A stretch of 64,000 nt of DNA from Eledone cirrhosa (taxonomy: Eukaryota). The stretch is taken from positions 322,524,001 through 322,588,000 of the forward strand of contig OZ024741.1 in the NCBI GenBank assembly GCA_964016885.1, given 5' to 3'. Shown piece after piece: positions 27,087 to 38,744 of this stretch. How positions within the stretch are numbered: the stretch's first letter is position 1; each line of letters opens with the position of its first letter. Under the pieces are notes generated by a model that made no database searches, was not told where the DNA came from, and saw nothing but the letters and a program-made list of their open reading frames with translations. The position numbers were made by a program, and so were the translations under genes.

Positions 27087-27340
27087 GCAAAAGTTCTATT
27101 TAAATTGTTGGGATACAACAAGCAAATATTTTTATAACTGATATAAAGCACTCGACAAGTATTTGGAGTAAATATACGATATTAACAAATGGAAACTATA
27201 TTTATAAAACCATATCTATTTTATTATACATATTTCAAGGATACCATGTTAAATTATGGTATGCTTTCATCAGACAAAATACAATATATACCAGTTTTAT
27301 AAACAAATATTGACATACCCTTACAAAATGCAACCGTTAC
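26703..27340. repeat. Multiply inverted pLTR-like cassette with two hammerhead motifs (26799-26861 plus, 27218-27280 minus)
   Basis: ATTTTAT-CTGAAGA-aagCACACCA..TGGTGT-ccct-GAAA-tatgta-TA-ATGAAAT; the minus copy has a CTGATGA core. Confidence 0.75.
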
Positions 27341-27424
27341 TTTAGGAAGACATCGGGATAGTGGATTTGTTTACTTATATTAGTAAGTCGTTCTGTTACA
27401 GAGAAGGAAAAAGACGGAGAGAGA

Positions 27425-27499
<75 letters not shown>

Positions 27500-27712
27500 A
27501 AAGAATAGAGGTGTAACACTCAAGTTATTATATATTGGTAAACGGAATAGAAAATGCTGACAAATTGTTCACAGTGAAAAATAGTTTAATTAGGAATAAG
27601 TGAGAATTAGTAATAGTATTGGTTAGTATTCAGTTTTGGTTTTAAGTTTTACCGGTTGCGCATTTCTAATGCTTTTCAAAAATAATTTTGAGATAGAGCG
27701 TCCGTGATGTAT

Positions 27713-28377
27713 AGGGAAAGTATATACTTTCAAATTCAAACGTTCAATCGACTGACAGGAAGGTATACGGTTCTGATGACATATAATAAGCTAGAAACTA
27801 GTTCATCGTTCCTTTGTCAGTGTTGAAGAAAAGGGCAATGATGGTTGCCGAACACTGTACGGTTTAATTCGGGCTGTTTGTTTACGAAAAAAACGAACAT
27901 TATAATAAATGTTATGTAAACCCATACGTACATATATATATATATATGTGTGCATGTATGTATACATATATGTATTGACGTATACATACTTATATTTAAG
28001 TATCAGCCATACTAAGAGTGAGAAATGAAATTTCATTTTTTCCATTTATCCTTTTCGGTACGCCCGACCGACTAACTCATTCGATATGCAAATTAGGCTG
28101 CTCAGCCGTTAATATGCATAAGGAAAGTATATACTTTCAAACGTTCAATCGATTGACAGGAAGATATACGGGGTGCTGATGACAACTAAGAGGCTAGAAA
28201 CTAGTTCATCGTACCTTTGTCAGTGTTGAACAAAAGGGCAACGATGGTTGCCGAACAGTGTACGGCTTAATTCGGGCTGTTTGTTTACAAACAAACCGAA
28301 CATTATAATAAATGTACGGTAAACCCATACGCACATATATATATATATGTGTGCATATATGTATGTACGTATACATA

Positions 28378-28385
<8 letters not shown>
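27713..28385 (+). repeat. ~410-bp direct tandem duplication, each unit with a minimal hammerhead-like motif
   Basis: GGAAAGTATATACTTTCAAA..CTGATGAC..GCTAGAAACTAGTTCATCGT at about 27715-27810 and 28122-28212. Confidence 0.7.
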
Positions 28386-28436
<51 letters not shown>

Positions 28437-29169
28437 GAGGTGTGTCAGAAAAGTAACAGGACTTAGTGCTCTGTGTGAGCTATGAATAGGGTAAGGTTAG
28501 TGGGTTGCGTCACCATGTGGCATAATATCCTGGGAGTTTATAACTGCGATCTCTTCAGCCATTGTATGCTTCTTCAAGTGCTTTTGTTAACAGCTCCTCA
28601 ATTTTAGGCCGTTGAGCAATAGGCACTAAGCAACGAACCAGCCTGAAGTTTCTGGTCCTGCTGGAGAAGAACTCTGAATACTTCCTCCTCTTCTGTCCAG
28701 ACATTCTAGCCACATGCCCATACTATCGGGGCTGTGATCTCTCAATTCGGAGAAGTAGCGGCTCTACCTGGAGTGACTCTCTGATCTCCGAATTACTCAC
28801 TTTATCGAGTAACATTACTTCAAAGACCCTTAGTAGGAATCCCATGTTGGCCGCTTGTATTCGTGATTGTATTCTATTCTTTCGGTCATTACCCAAGATT
28901 CATGACCACAGGTAAGGGTTGACACAATACCGAATTGAAGATAGCTAGTTTGGCGTTTACACCTACCTCCCTATTGGTACCATCTCCAGTAACCAACAAA
29001 AGTACTAAATAACATGTATTATTCTTTTGTGAATTGGCAGAGTTGGCAGAGCGTCGGACAACATGCTTAGCGGCATAGAGTTACGGCCCTTTACGCCCTG
29101 CGTTCAAATCCCGCTTAAGGTAGCTTTGCCATTCATCCTTACGAGTTCGATAAAATAAAGTACCATTAA

Positions 29170-29996
29170 CCTCTTTAGTCCCGTAGACGAGATAATTCGT
29201 CCTAACATGTTTGCATTCCAATGCCACAGACGAGGTAATTCGTTCTAACATGTTTGCATTCCAATGCCACAGACGAGATAATTCGTCCTAACATGTTTGC
29301 ATTCCAATGCCACAGACGAGATAATTCGTCCTAACATGTTTGCATTCCAATGCCACAGACGAGATAATTCGTCCTAACATGTTTGCATTCCAATGCCACA
29401 GACGAGGTAATTCGTTCTAACATGTTTGCATTCCAATGCCACAGACGAGATAATTCGTCCTAACATGTTTGCATTCCAATGCCACAGACGAGATAATTCG
29501 TCCTAACATGTTTGCATTCCAATGCCACAGACGAGATAATTCGTCCTAACATGTTTGCATTCCAATGCCACAGACGAGGTAATTCGTTCTAACATGTTTG
29601 CATTCCAATGCCACAGACGAGATAATTCGTCCTAACATGTTTGCATTCCAATGCCACAGACGAGATAATTCGTCCTAACATGTTTGCATTCCAATGCCAC
29701 AGACGAGATAATTCGTCCTAACATGTTTGCATTCCAATGCCACAGACGAGATAATTCGTCCTAACATGTTTGCATTCCAATGCCACAGACGAGGTAATTC
29801 GTTCTAACATGTTTGAACTCATTTCCAACAGTTCATCACTTCAAATCTAGAGGAAGTTACTAGTTTATTGATGTGACGTTTGTCAATCATTCAGATATGT
29901 GTTAATAAATGTCTGTTTAAAAAAAATAGTCATTTTACCGAAAGAAAGCCCAGCACAGCAACTGTAGCTGTGTAAAATATACGCAGCAGTCAACAT
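29170..29996. mobile_element. piggyBac-like non-autonomous element carrying a minisatellite
   Basis: TTAA at 29166-29169 and 29997-30000; left end CCTCTTTAGTCCCGTAGACGAG is piggyBac-like; the two termini match only weakly. Confidence 0.6.
29185..29815. repeat. 43-bp minisatellite, about 15 copies, with higher-order structure
   Basis: Unit AGACGAGATAATTCGTCCTAACATGTTTGCATTCCAATGCCAC; variant GAGGTAATTCGTTC at 29228, 29400, 29572 and 29787. Confidence 0.95.
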
Positions 29997-30550
29997 GTTA
30001 ATGCACTGGGGTCGATTTAATCGACTTTCCCCTACCCTAAAATCGCTACCCTTGTCTAAATCAGAAACAATTATTCTTTTATTATTTAAATCCCACCTCT
30101 TTTGTTCAGGTATCGTTGTCTATTCCTTAATTATATTGAGTCCACTCTGATCGGAATAATTCTTTGTTTCTTTTTCATTGAGTAAATGGATATTCAATCT
30201 TAATCAATTCGATGTGTGTGACCACTAGACTACTAACAGCATTGGGTGGTTTTGTATACACACACATTCAGCCCCCCCCCCCCACCACCACCACACACGC
30301 ATAGACACATACATACAATACTTGTATATATTAACACCAACTCATTTTACATCAGGGTTCTATTTTATCGAAGTCCTTTCTCATTTTATTTTACTCTTTT
30401 TCAAACATATTTTTCATGATAGACGCTGCTTATAAATTTTAAATCATTTTCGAAATATCAAGAATGTTGACGGATTTAATAATATAAATAACCTTCCCAT
30501 TATAAAGCTGTTTTCTTGAACAAAATTTAACAAATATTCTTACATAAAAT

Positions 30551-30690
30551 TATAATTGTTTCTACTTTAGGCACAAAGCCAGCAAATACCCAGTATATTA
30601 CTGGTACTTTATTTTATCGACCCCGTAAGGATGAAAGGCAAAGTTAACCTCAGCGGGATTTGAACTCAGACCATAAAGGGCCGTAACTCA
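30551..30690 (-). mobile_element. Main-family SINE, 5'-truncated
   Basis: Core and tail present, B box present, A box absent. Confidence 0.8.
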
Positions 30691-31047
30691 GGGTTTTAGA
30701 TAAATATAAATACTTAAAATTACCAGCTTTGCATTGTATAAACATGACTTGTTTCAGGTGGTTTGTTATCGAAAGGTTTTATAGAAAATAGGTGTGATTC
30801 GAGGGTATTGACTATTATTTCTAATAGGTGAAGAGAGTGACCACTTAGAGGTTTCTGCCTTGTCTTATGAATGGTGTCCAGAGAATCAGTTCAACTGTCG
30901 TCTATTATATGTAGACAAAATCCATGTTGCATGTAATGGCATTCATACTTGTAAGGTTTCACTAAGACACACGTACTCCCACACAGACTGACATATATAC
31001 ACACAAAGATACACACACATAACCCCTTCCACCACACACAAATACAT

Positions 31048-31107
<60 letters not shown>

Positions 31108-31368
31108 ATATATACACACAGACATTTACATATACACATATACACACATACATTCATATATATACACTTGAACTTACACACACACATATATACAAAGATA
31201 TTACATACATACATACACAGACACCCACATACATATACATAAATACACACGTACAGACACACACACACAACCAGGCATATACACACACAATATATAAAGT
31301 CATTCTGCATCACATTACATTATCTGCCATAGAAACTAAGCCATCTCTAGACAATGTTTTTATTCCAC

Positions 31369-32312
31369 ACTAGCAGCAGTACCCAGCGTTGATTGGGTAG
31401 GTAAAATATCTGCTTTGATGAAAAGGTGTTGATTTTAGCGACTGCGAGTTTCTTGAAAATCGGTCGTATGGTGTAGCAAATGGCGAAATGTTGAGTGAAA
31501 TCGTATGGAATATGTGGGAGGTGGAAAAAATCGTATTTTGAAGAGTTAAACGGCTGCCACGCTGTCTCTGAACAAAATATGCAAAGTGTAAAGCTACTAT
31601 AAGATATGCAATGATAGGTTCTATCGTAGTATAAAAGTTGAACCAAATAAATTGATTTATGTGTGAGGTGGAGCCGAAGTTTCGAATTTGAACGAAATCG
31701 GTTGAAAAATGTGGGAGCTAGAGTCGAAAAGGCGGAAATTTGAGCGAAAAGGTGGTATTTTCGAATATTTAAGCGGCTGCCACGCCGTTCCTGAACAAAA
31801 AAAAAAAATCAAAAAATCCAAAATGTAAAGCCACTTTAAGACGTGAAATAATCAGATCTAGCGTGGTGTAAAATTTGAACAAAGTAGGTTGATTAATGTG
31901 GGAGATAGAGCCGAAAAAGTGGAAATTTGAGTCTAAAAGTGGTATGTTTTAATATTTAAGTGGCTGCCACGCCGTCCCTGAACAACAAATGCAAAATATA
32001 AAGCCATTACTGGATGTGCAATGATAAATTCTATTTTGCTTTTAAATTTGAACGAAATCGGTGACAAAATATGGGAGCTAGAGCCAAAAATCTTATTTTT
32101 TGATACCTAAAAAAAGGTGACCCCCCTATCGATTTTTATCTGCAAAATGATCCCGGAATAAAAAACGATACGTTGATATATAGAAAACACTCCCCGATGA
32201 CTAATCTATGAGCCTGTAAAGTTTCATGAAAATTTGTCGTAAGATGTAGGCCCTATAGGTAATACACAGACACTCAGACACACACACATACTTAATTTTA
32301 TATATATAAAGA
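31369..32312 (+). mobile_element. Non-autonomous Helitron/Helentron-associated element with ~190-220-bp internal tandem repeats
   Basis: 5' ACTAGCAGCAGTACCCAGCGTTG; GGCTGCCACGC recurs at 31552, 31775 and 31962; 3' AGTTTCATG..(ACAG/AC)n..TTTTATATATATAAAGAT. Confidence 0.65.
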
Positions 32313-32539
32313 TTGCCAAATTTATCAAGGATTTAGGTTCCACATAAAAATTATCCTGTTTAAAAATATTTAAGTATTTCAATCTAGTTAGGTATTTCAA
32401 TCTAATTTGGTATTTAATGCTCATTACATTCAACCCTTTCTTACCATATTCCAAATAAAAGTCATTGGCCACGATTTGCAAATGATTTTTAAATTAATCA
32501 AGAATTTGGAAGGATTTAATTATATAACTAACCGAATAT

Positions 32540-32966
32540 ACTCTGTAAAATGGTAGACAAGCTGGCACAATAAAATTCACCCATTACACTCTGTAAAGAA
32601 ATAGTGCTGGTGCCATGATATAATACATTCTACCTACTTTCTGAGATGGTAATGCTGGTTTCACAATAAATGCACGTCTCTAAAGTGTTAGTGCTGGTGA
32701 CATGATAAAATGCACCCAGTAAACTCTGTAAAGATATCTTTGGTGCCACCAAGGACAATCTCTAAAGTACCAGTGCTTGTGCATGATAAAAGGCTCCCAG
32801 TACATTCTGAAAAGTGTTTGGTATTAGGATGGGCACCCAGCTGTAAGAACTGGATCCAAAAAGAAATGTATGAACAAAGCATGGTTCTCCAACCTGTTTA
32901 GTCTCAGGCTGTGATGAAATGCCTATCTGATGCCAGCATGGAAAACAGATATAAATTGATGATGAT
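32540..32966 (+). mobile_element. SINE with internal tandem units and an RTE-derived tail
   Basis: Repeated TGCTGGTG..ATAAAA..CACCC..ACTCTGTAAAG units; GGTATTAGGATGGGCACCCAGCTGTAAGAA; tail GCCAGCATGGAAAACAGA..TGATGATGA. Confidence 0.6.
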
Positions 32967-33443
32967 TTGTATGGTTAAAATATATATTTACAAATATTTC
33001 TCACATGTTTTAGTAGCTATTAATTAATAATATTTTTATTTTAACCTTTAAATTTTGAAACCGGCCAGAATTCTCTACCTCTTCCTGTTGAAACCAGCTG
33101 TAACTGGTTGCTCAAACTGATGTTAAGGCATTGTTCTCAAAATAAATACTTTCAAAATCTCATAGATTTGATATTATGTGAGATAATTATGCGAGGTAAA
33201 GCCTTTACCATGAAAATATAATAGTATATATAGAGTAATGTGAATGCTAAAGAGTTAAAGAAGAAATGATTGCTCATCACCAACTTCACACTCCATGTCC
33301 TTTCTTTTGAAAAAGGGCACCAACCTCAAAATATCATGAAATATAAGGTAAAAGTGTAAACTGTTGTTTTATTTTGTCTTCCTTACTCTGTAGTTACCAT
33401 ACTTGTATTTCTAATGTGTATTTTCCCAGAACAATAATAATAT

Positions 33444-33462
33444 TTTTTCTCTTTCCTGACAG
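33444..33462 (+). promoter_or_regulatory. Candidate 3' splice acceptor upstream of the 610-aa ORF
   Basis: Polypyrimidine tract TTTTTCTCTTTCCTGAC followed by AG at 33461-33462; in-frame TAG at 33485-33487 precedes the ATG. Confidence 0.5.
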
Positions 33463-33505
33463 AAAGAACATTCAGTGTGATTGTTAGATTATTCTATGAA
33501 AAGAG

Positions 33506-35338
33506 ATGGCACTTTCTGGAATGAAGAAATATTTAAAATTCTTGGAGAATGGAGCTACTATTGAAATTAATATACCTTTGTGTTGCATTGATGAATATAA
33601 TTCATTCTACTGGCAGGAATTCATATCTAACTGCTGGTATCTTTTTCTTGAAAATGATTGCCCAGAATTTAAGAAAATCAGGGCTGACAGTTTTGTACCA
33701 AGTATTCTGTGTGAAACTAAAGAGAGGTCAATTTCTTGTAGGAAACAAACATTCTTCACAAATAATAGTAAATGCTGTCATCATAAAATTACCATTCTTC
33801 CACATTCCCAAAATGATAACAATCACAAAGATATTTTGAAATCCTTTAAAAAACCCAACATTAATTCTGTAGATTTTGGCACTTTAACAGAGTCTGAAGA
33901 TTACAAAACATCATATAATAATTCTGTGGCTGTAGAAGAGTTTGTCAAAATACAAGAACCAAAGAGAGAACATTCAAATTTCAAGACAAAGTCAGATAAA
34001 TTATTGATCACACTTAAATTTGGAGAGAATTTTATTCAGAGAAGTCATCAATATTTTAGAGATACTATGGTAGTAGCATACCGATCACTACCAACTAATG
34101 CTGTCACATTATATGAACAAGACTTACATCTAAATTTTAATTCTCTTAAATTCTCTCTTCCGGATGAAAACATTCTGTTTTCAAGCAGATTAGATTTATC
34201 CAATTCCTATGTACATGGTATCAGTCCTTCATATGATGAATGCTATTATAGCAGTCAATTTCCTAAGCAACCGGAATTATATGGGCGTCAAGAATTAATC
34301 CTAGATTTGGCAAAGAAAAAAGATTATAAGGGAAGCATTTTGGGGTTGACTGCTAATTCTTCTTCCAATCATAATCACTTTGAACCAAATCCCCATAGGA
34401 TGTCCTCTCCAAAACCCCAAACTTCTGATGCATTGTTGAATAATTCTAAACAGATATTTGATGAAAGTGAACTTAAATCTCTGTCAGAAATTAAAGAAGA
34501 CACCAATTTGGATTTTTCCATTTCACAGGATGGCTATGAAAGAGTTAATGACACTCTGTTGACAACAATATTTTCACTCCCAAGCAAGCAAACCTCCCTG
34601 GGTGAAGTTCCTACCATTAAGGAAAAATTTACAAAGATCCTCCCAAGAAGCTCCCATATGGTTATGTGTCCAGTTCCTTACTGTAATGATTTCATTGAAA
34701 AGACTAAGAAACACATGAGCATGTTCCATTCAGATTTACCAAAATGGAAACAAAAGTTCTATTGTGATATGATGACTTATAATAAAACTGAAAAGAATTA
34801 TGTGTGCCATGTATGTCCTCTGTGTCATTCAATTCAGTTCCATATGAAATGGCACTTCACCCAGGTTCATAATGTAGTTGTACACTCTAAAATCTTCAAA
34901 TGTATCAGACAAACTTCTGAAACTATCATTTTAACACCTGAACGATTTTTCATGGAGGCGTTAATAAATGCATTTGAATGTCAACAGCTTAAAAATCATG
35001 GTATACAGTGCAAAACACTGATGGAACATTCTAGACATGTCCGAGAGTTTTTCCTTACATTAATGAAATACGAGATTTTCAGTAAATTGTTTTTGGGAAA
35101 AGTTGTTGGAAGCAATCTCTCTGCTCTGATCAACATCTTGTGTGACTCTGGTGCCTTCAATAAACAACAAATTGTCTCAGAACAACTACACAGTTTGAAG
35201 CTATTTTTCGAATTCCTTCACTGTAACCGAGAAATGTTCCTACCAGATGGAACCAATTGGCTTCATATGATTTTCCCATCCTGGGACATTCTAAAGCTTA
35301 CTGAGATGGAAATATTTTTGGTAGCATGCAGAACTTGA
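33506..35338 (+). CDS. Uncharacterised 610-aa protein with two C2H2-like zinc fingers and a helical C-terminal domain; probable host gene with a single coding exon
   Basis: 1.8-kb uninterrupted, non-repetitive ORF; CPVPYC-x9-HMSMFH and CPLC-x9-HFTQVH; upstream acceptor; AATAAA at 35405-35410; CpG-poor neighbourhood. Confidence 0.75.
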   Translation: MALSGMKKYLKFLENGATIEINIPLCCIDEYNSFYWQEFISNCWYLFLENDCPEFKKIRADSFVPSILCETKERSISCRKQTFFTNNSKCCHHKITILPHSQNDNNHKDILKSFKKPNINSVDFGTLTESEDYKTSYNNSVAVEEFVKIQEPKREHSNFKTKSDKLLITLKFGENFIQRSHQYFRDTMVVAYRSLPTNAVTLYEQDLHLNFNSLKFSLPDENILFSSRLDLSNSYVHGISPSYDECYYSSQFPKQPELYGRQELILDLAKKKDYKGSILGLTANSSSNHNHFEPNPHRMSSPKPQTSDALLNNSKQIFDESELKSLSEIKEDTNLDFSISQDGYERVNDTLLTTIFSLPSKQTSLGEVPTIKEKFTKILPRSSHMVMCPVPYCNDFIEKTKKHMSMFHSDLPKWKQKFYCDMMTYNKTEKNYVCHVCPLCHSIQFHMKWHFTQVHNVVVHSKIFKCIRQTSETIILTPERFFMEALINAFECQQLKNHGIQCKTLMEHSRHVREFFLTLMKYEIFSKLFLGKVVGSNLSALINILCDSGAFNKQQIVSEQLHSLKLFFEFLHCNREMFLPDGTNWLHMIFPSWDILKLTEMEIFLVACRT

Positions 35339-35766
35339 TGCAAATAAGGAACAAAGAAAAGTGGCATAGCAGGGTATTGTGTGAGAGGGATAATTTGTCA
35401 GCCAAATAAAGAAAATTATGATTTACAACTTAGGCACAAGACCACAAACTTTGAGGGTGGAGGTGAGTAGATGTTGTTTGGGGAAGACTGCATTGTTCAT
35501 TGTATTTACATCACACACATAGTCATATGCACAGCTATCAATTACATAATAAAATATTTCACAATGTCATCATATGATGATGATATTGGCTACCATTCGG
35601 TTTCTTATTAAAGCAGGTCAATTTATATAACAGTTGCCTATTTGGTAATCATTAGACAGATCATTTTTATGTATATATATATATATATATGTTTATGTGT
35701 ATATATATATATACTTTTATGTATGTATATGTATATATGTTTATGTATATATATGAAATGTATATA

Positions 35767-35851
<85 letters not shown>

Positions 35852-35933
35852 GTCATTTTGGAAGCCTCTACAATGCAGATGGGTAAATCTCTGGGTAAGA
35901 AAATCAGGTGGCAGTAGGAGGAGAGATATGTGT

Positions 35934-37540
35934 ATCATCATCATCATCATCATCAGGTTTAGCGTCCGTGTTCCACGCTTGCATGGGTTTGGACGGGGGT
36001 TTTCCCACTTGAGGCAAGAGTGGTTGTCTTGCTCACATAGGACTGTCTGGCGGGTTTTCTACAGTTGGATGCCCTTCCTAACACCAACCATATTTACAGT
36101 GTGGGGCTGGGAGGTTTTTACCGTGTTGCCTACACGGCCACATTACAGCGTGGACTGTCTGGCGGGTTTTCTACAGCTGGATGCCCTTCCTAACACCAAC
36201 CACATTTACAGTGTGGGGCTGGGAGGTTTTTACCGTGTTGCCTACACGGCCACATTTACAGCGTGGACTGTGTGTTTTTTGTCGTGACACCTACACGATC
36301 TCATTTGTTTCGGCCTGGATGTTGTGGCACCAACATAACTTTACATTGAAAGGGGCGGTGTGGATGGGGTGGAGGTGGTGGGACGGGGGGGTGTTTTGAT
36401 AGAGATGCCTACTGACTGTAGTAGGTTTTTACTTTGTATTTAGGTAAGGCGGGTCTTCTCTATTACTGAGTACCGCCAAAGGTCTCGGTCCAGTGACATT
36501 GTCTTGGAGAGGTGTAAGCGTGTGAGGTCGGAATTTATCAGCTCGTCCCATGTTTTTCTGGGTCTGCCTACTCCGTGGCTACCGTCTATCTTTATTGCCC
36601 TGCACTTTGTTATACAGCTGTCGTCTTTCATGCGCATCACGTGACCGTACCAATGTAGCCTTCTCTCGAGTAAACAACATCTGATCCCTCTTATTTCTAA
36701 TTTTTTCCTTAGTTCGTTTATGCTTTGCCGTTCACGTATATTACTATTGCACATCCAGCGGAGCATGCAAGCTTCGTTCCTCTCTAGTCTGCGTATATCC
36801 TCTGCACACAATGCCCAGGTCTCACTGCCATGCAGCATTGCTGTTCGTATGCAGGCATCGTATAACCTGCCTTTCATTTTTAGGGAGAACCCTCTAGCGG
36901 CTAATAGTGGTATAAGCTCTCTGAACTTTTTCCATCCAGTTCTGACTCTAGCTACTGTACTTTCAGAGCACCCTCCCCCACTGCTGATTTTGTCACCCAG
37001 GTAACGGAAGCTGTCCACTATTTCTATAGAACCCTCTGCGCAGTTGAAGGAGCTAGTATTTTGTGGGCACTTGCTGCTACTTATTGCACCAGAGCACCGG
37101 CCACATGTAAAATCTATGTTCTTAGTTAGCTTACCTGTGATCCCACTACATCTTTTATGCACCCATACTTTGCATTTGGGACATAAAATGGAGTTTCTAC
37201 CTACGCCTTTCCTACACACTGAGCATGGCCATTTCCCAGATGGGACTGCCGCCATATTTTCTTTCCTACAAACTAGAACTTTAGTCTTAGCCAGGTTAAT
37301 TTTAAGGCCTTTTGATTCTAGGCCGTGCTTCCATGTTTGGAATTTCTTCTCTAGTTCGGTCATTGATTCAGCTATGAGCGTTAGATCATCTGCGTATAGG
37401 AGTTCCCATGGGCAGCCGGTCTTGAACTCCTCTGTTATAGCCTGAAGGGCAATAATAAATAGTAGGGGGCTAAGAACAGAGCCCTGATGGACACCAACTT
37501 TTACGCTAAACTCTTCACTATATTCTTCACTATATTCGTT
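35934..37540 (-). mobile_element. RTE-clade LINE, 5'-truncated (RT C-half, 3' UTR, (TGA)n tail)
   Basis: ORF 36440-37540 VGVHQGSVLSPLLF..LLYADDL..MLHGSETW..RRLHWYGHVMRM..GRPRKTW; (CAT)n at 35934-35954; the ORF-track extension to 37744 runs through microsatellite. Confidence 0.92.
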
Positions 37541-38248
37541 GTTAACGCTAAACTCTTCACTATATTCGTTGTTATATAAATATATATATATATATACATA
37601 TATACACACACATACACATACATATATATTCAAACATTTACACACACATGTGCGCACACTCACACACATGCACAAACCCACACACACACACACATATATA
37701 TATATGTTAATATATACGTATGTGTGCGTATTATAAATTACCAATCACACTGCCCCTCATGTCAAATTGTATATAAACAATACACAAATATTAACATATC
37801 TATTGAAATAAAGTGTTACCTTTCATATATCTGTTCTAATAAAGAATTATTCAATTATCCATAAACATATTTGCTCTAATAAATTATTATCTTTAACCCT
37901 TTTGTGTCTACATTTCCAACAAGAATATATATATATAGGATAGCAAGTTATCATTTTAGGTAATCCAGTTAGAGGTTGTGAGTACTCTGTACTATGGATA
38001 GTTTTAACGTACGGTGTTGTTTGACTCAACAAGAGGTTTCCATAGTTAGGTACCGAGTTTGCGAGAATTCCCATGTAGGTTATTCTTGGAGTAATAGTAG
38101 TGAAAGAGTGTATTCCAATGATTTGATCAAAGACACACTGTATTTAAGGCCGAGTGACGCAATGTCGAGTGATCAGCAGCCTTTAGACTCACCTGATCAA
38201 TGAAACAATTGTTAATACTGTAAATAAAAACTTTTTGTACAGCCGACC

Positions 38249-38744
38249 ATGTTATTCTTCACACTTACACACAAAATAATCAAAAGCAAAAGACAACCGA
38301 AATCACTAAAAACATTACTTACCAAATTACCTACCACAAACCCACAACCAGCTGTCAAAAAATGTGGTCGCTCTAATTGTGGAACCTGCACTCACCTCAT
38401 TGAAGGCAAAATGTATACATTTCAATCAGGACAACATTTTGTTGTAAAACATCACGTCACTTGCTCATAAAAAAATTTAGTTTATCCCATTAAATGTAAA
38501 GATGCAATGAAGATGATATAGGACAAACTAAACTCACACTCAGAAACAGAATGACAATTCATTGCCAACAATTATGAGACAGATACCACTCAGTATACAT
38601 CTAGACATAGGCGCAAGTGATAAGACACCCAACTTCCAAGTCTTCCCATTTTATCTTTGCGCTGACAATACAACAGAACAAATACGAATAAATAAGGAAA
38701 ATATGTTTATTCAAAAATATAGACCAGCATTAAATATAATTTAA
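38249..38744 (+). mobile_element. Penelope-like GIY-YIG endonuclease fragment, disrupted
   Basis: KKCGRSNCGTCTHL..HVTCS*KNLVYPIKC..IGQTKLTLRNRMTIH..ENMFIQKYRPALN. Confidence 0.8.

Larger units (their letters stand above)
29027..30073 (+). mobile_element. Main-family SINE split by a TTAA-targeting insertion
   Basis: Head and core 29027-29165; tail TGCACTGGGGTCGATTTAATCGAC resumes at 30001. Confidence 0.8.

Noticed and set aside
28435-28470. Mariner-like TIR stubs (also 42738) and pogo-like ends (15464, 15613)
   Set aside because: Only single ends are visible, with no partner TIR or ORF; insufficient to define elements.
29185-29815. CRISPR-like array (43-bp periodic, dyad-containing repeats)
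   Set aside because: No unique spacers, since the units are contiguous and near-identical; no cas genes; eukaryotic context.
37541-37744. N-terminal extension of the 434-aa RTE ORF
   Set aside because: Read-through of a small junction duplication and microsatellite beyond the 5' truncation point.
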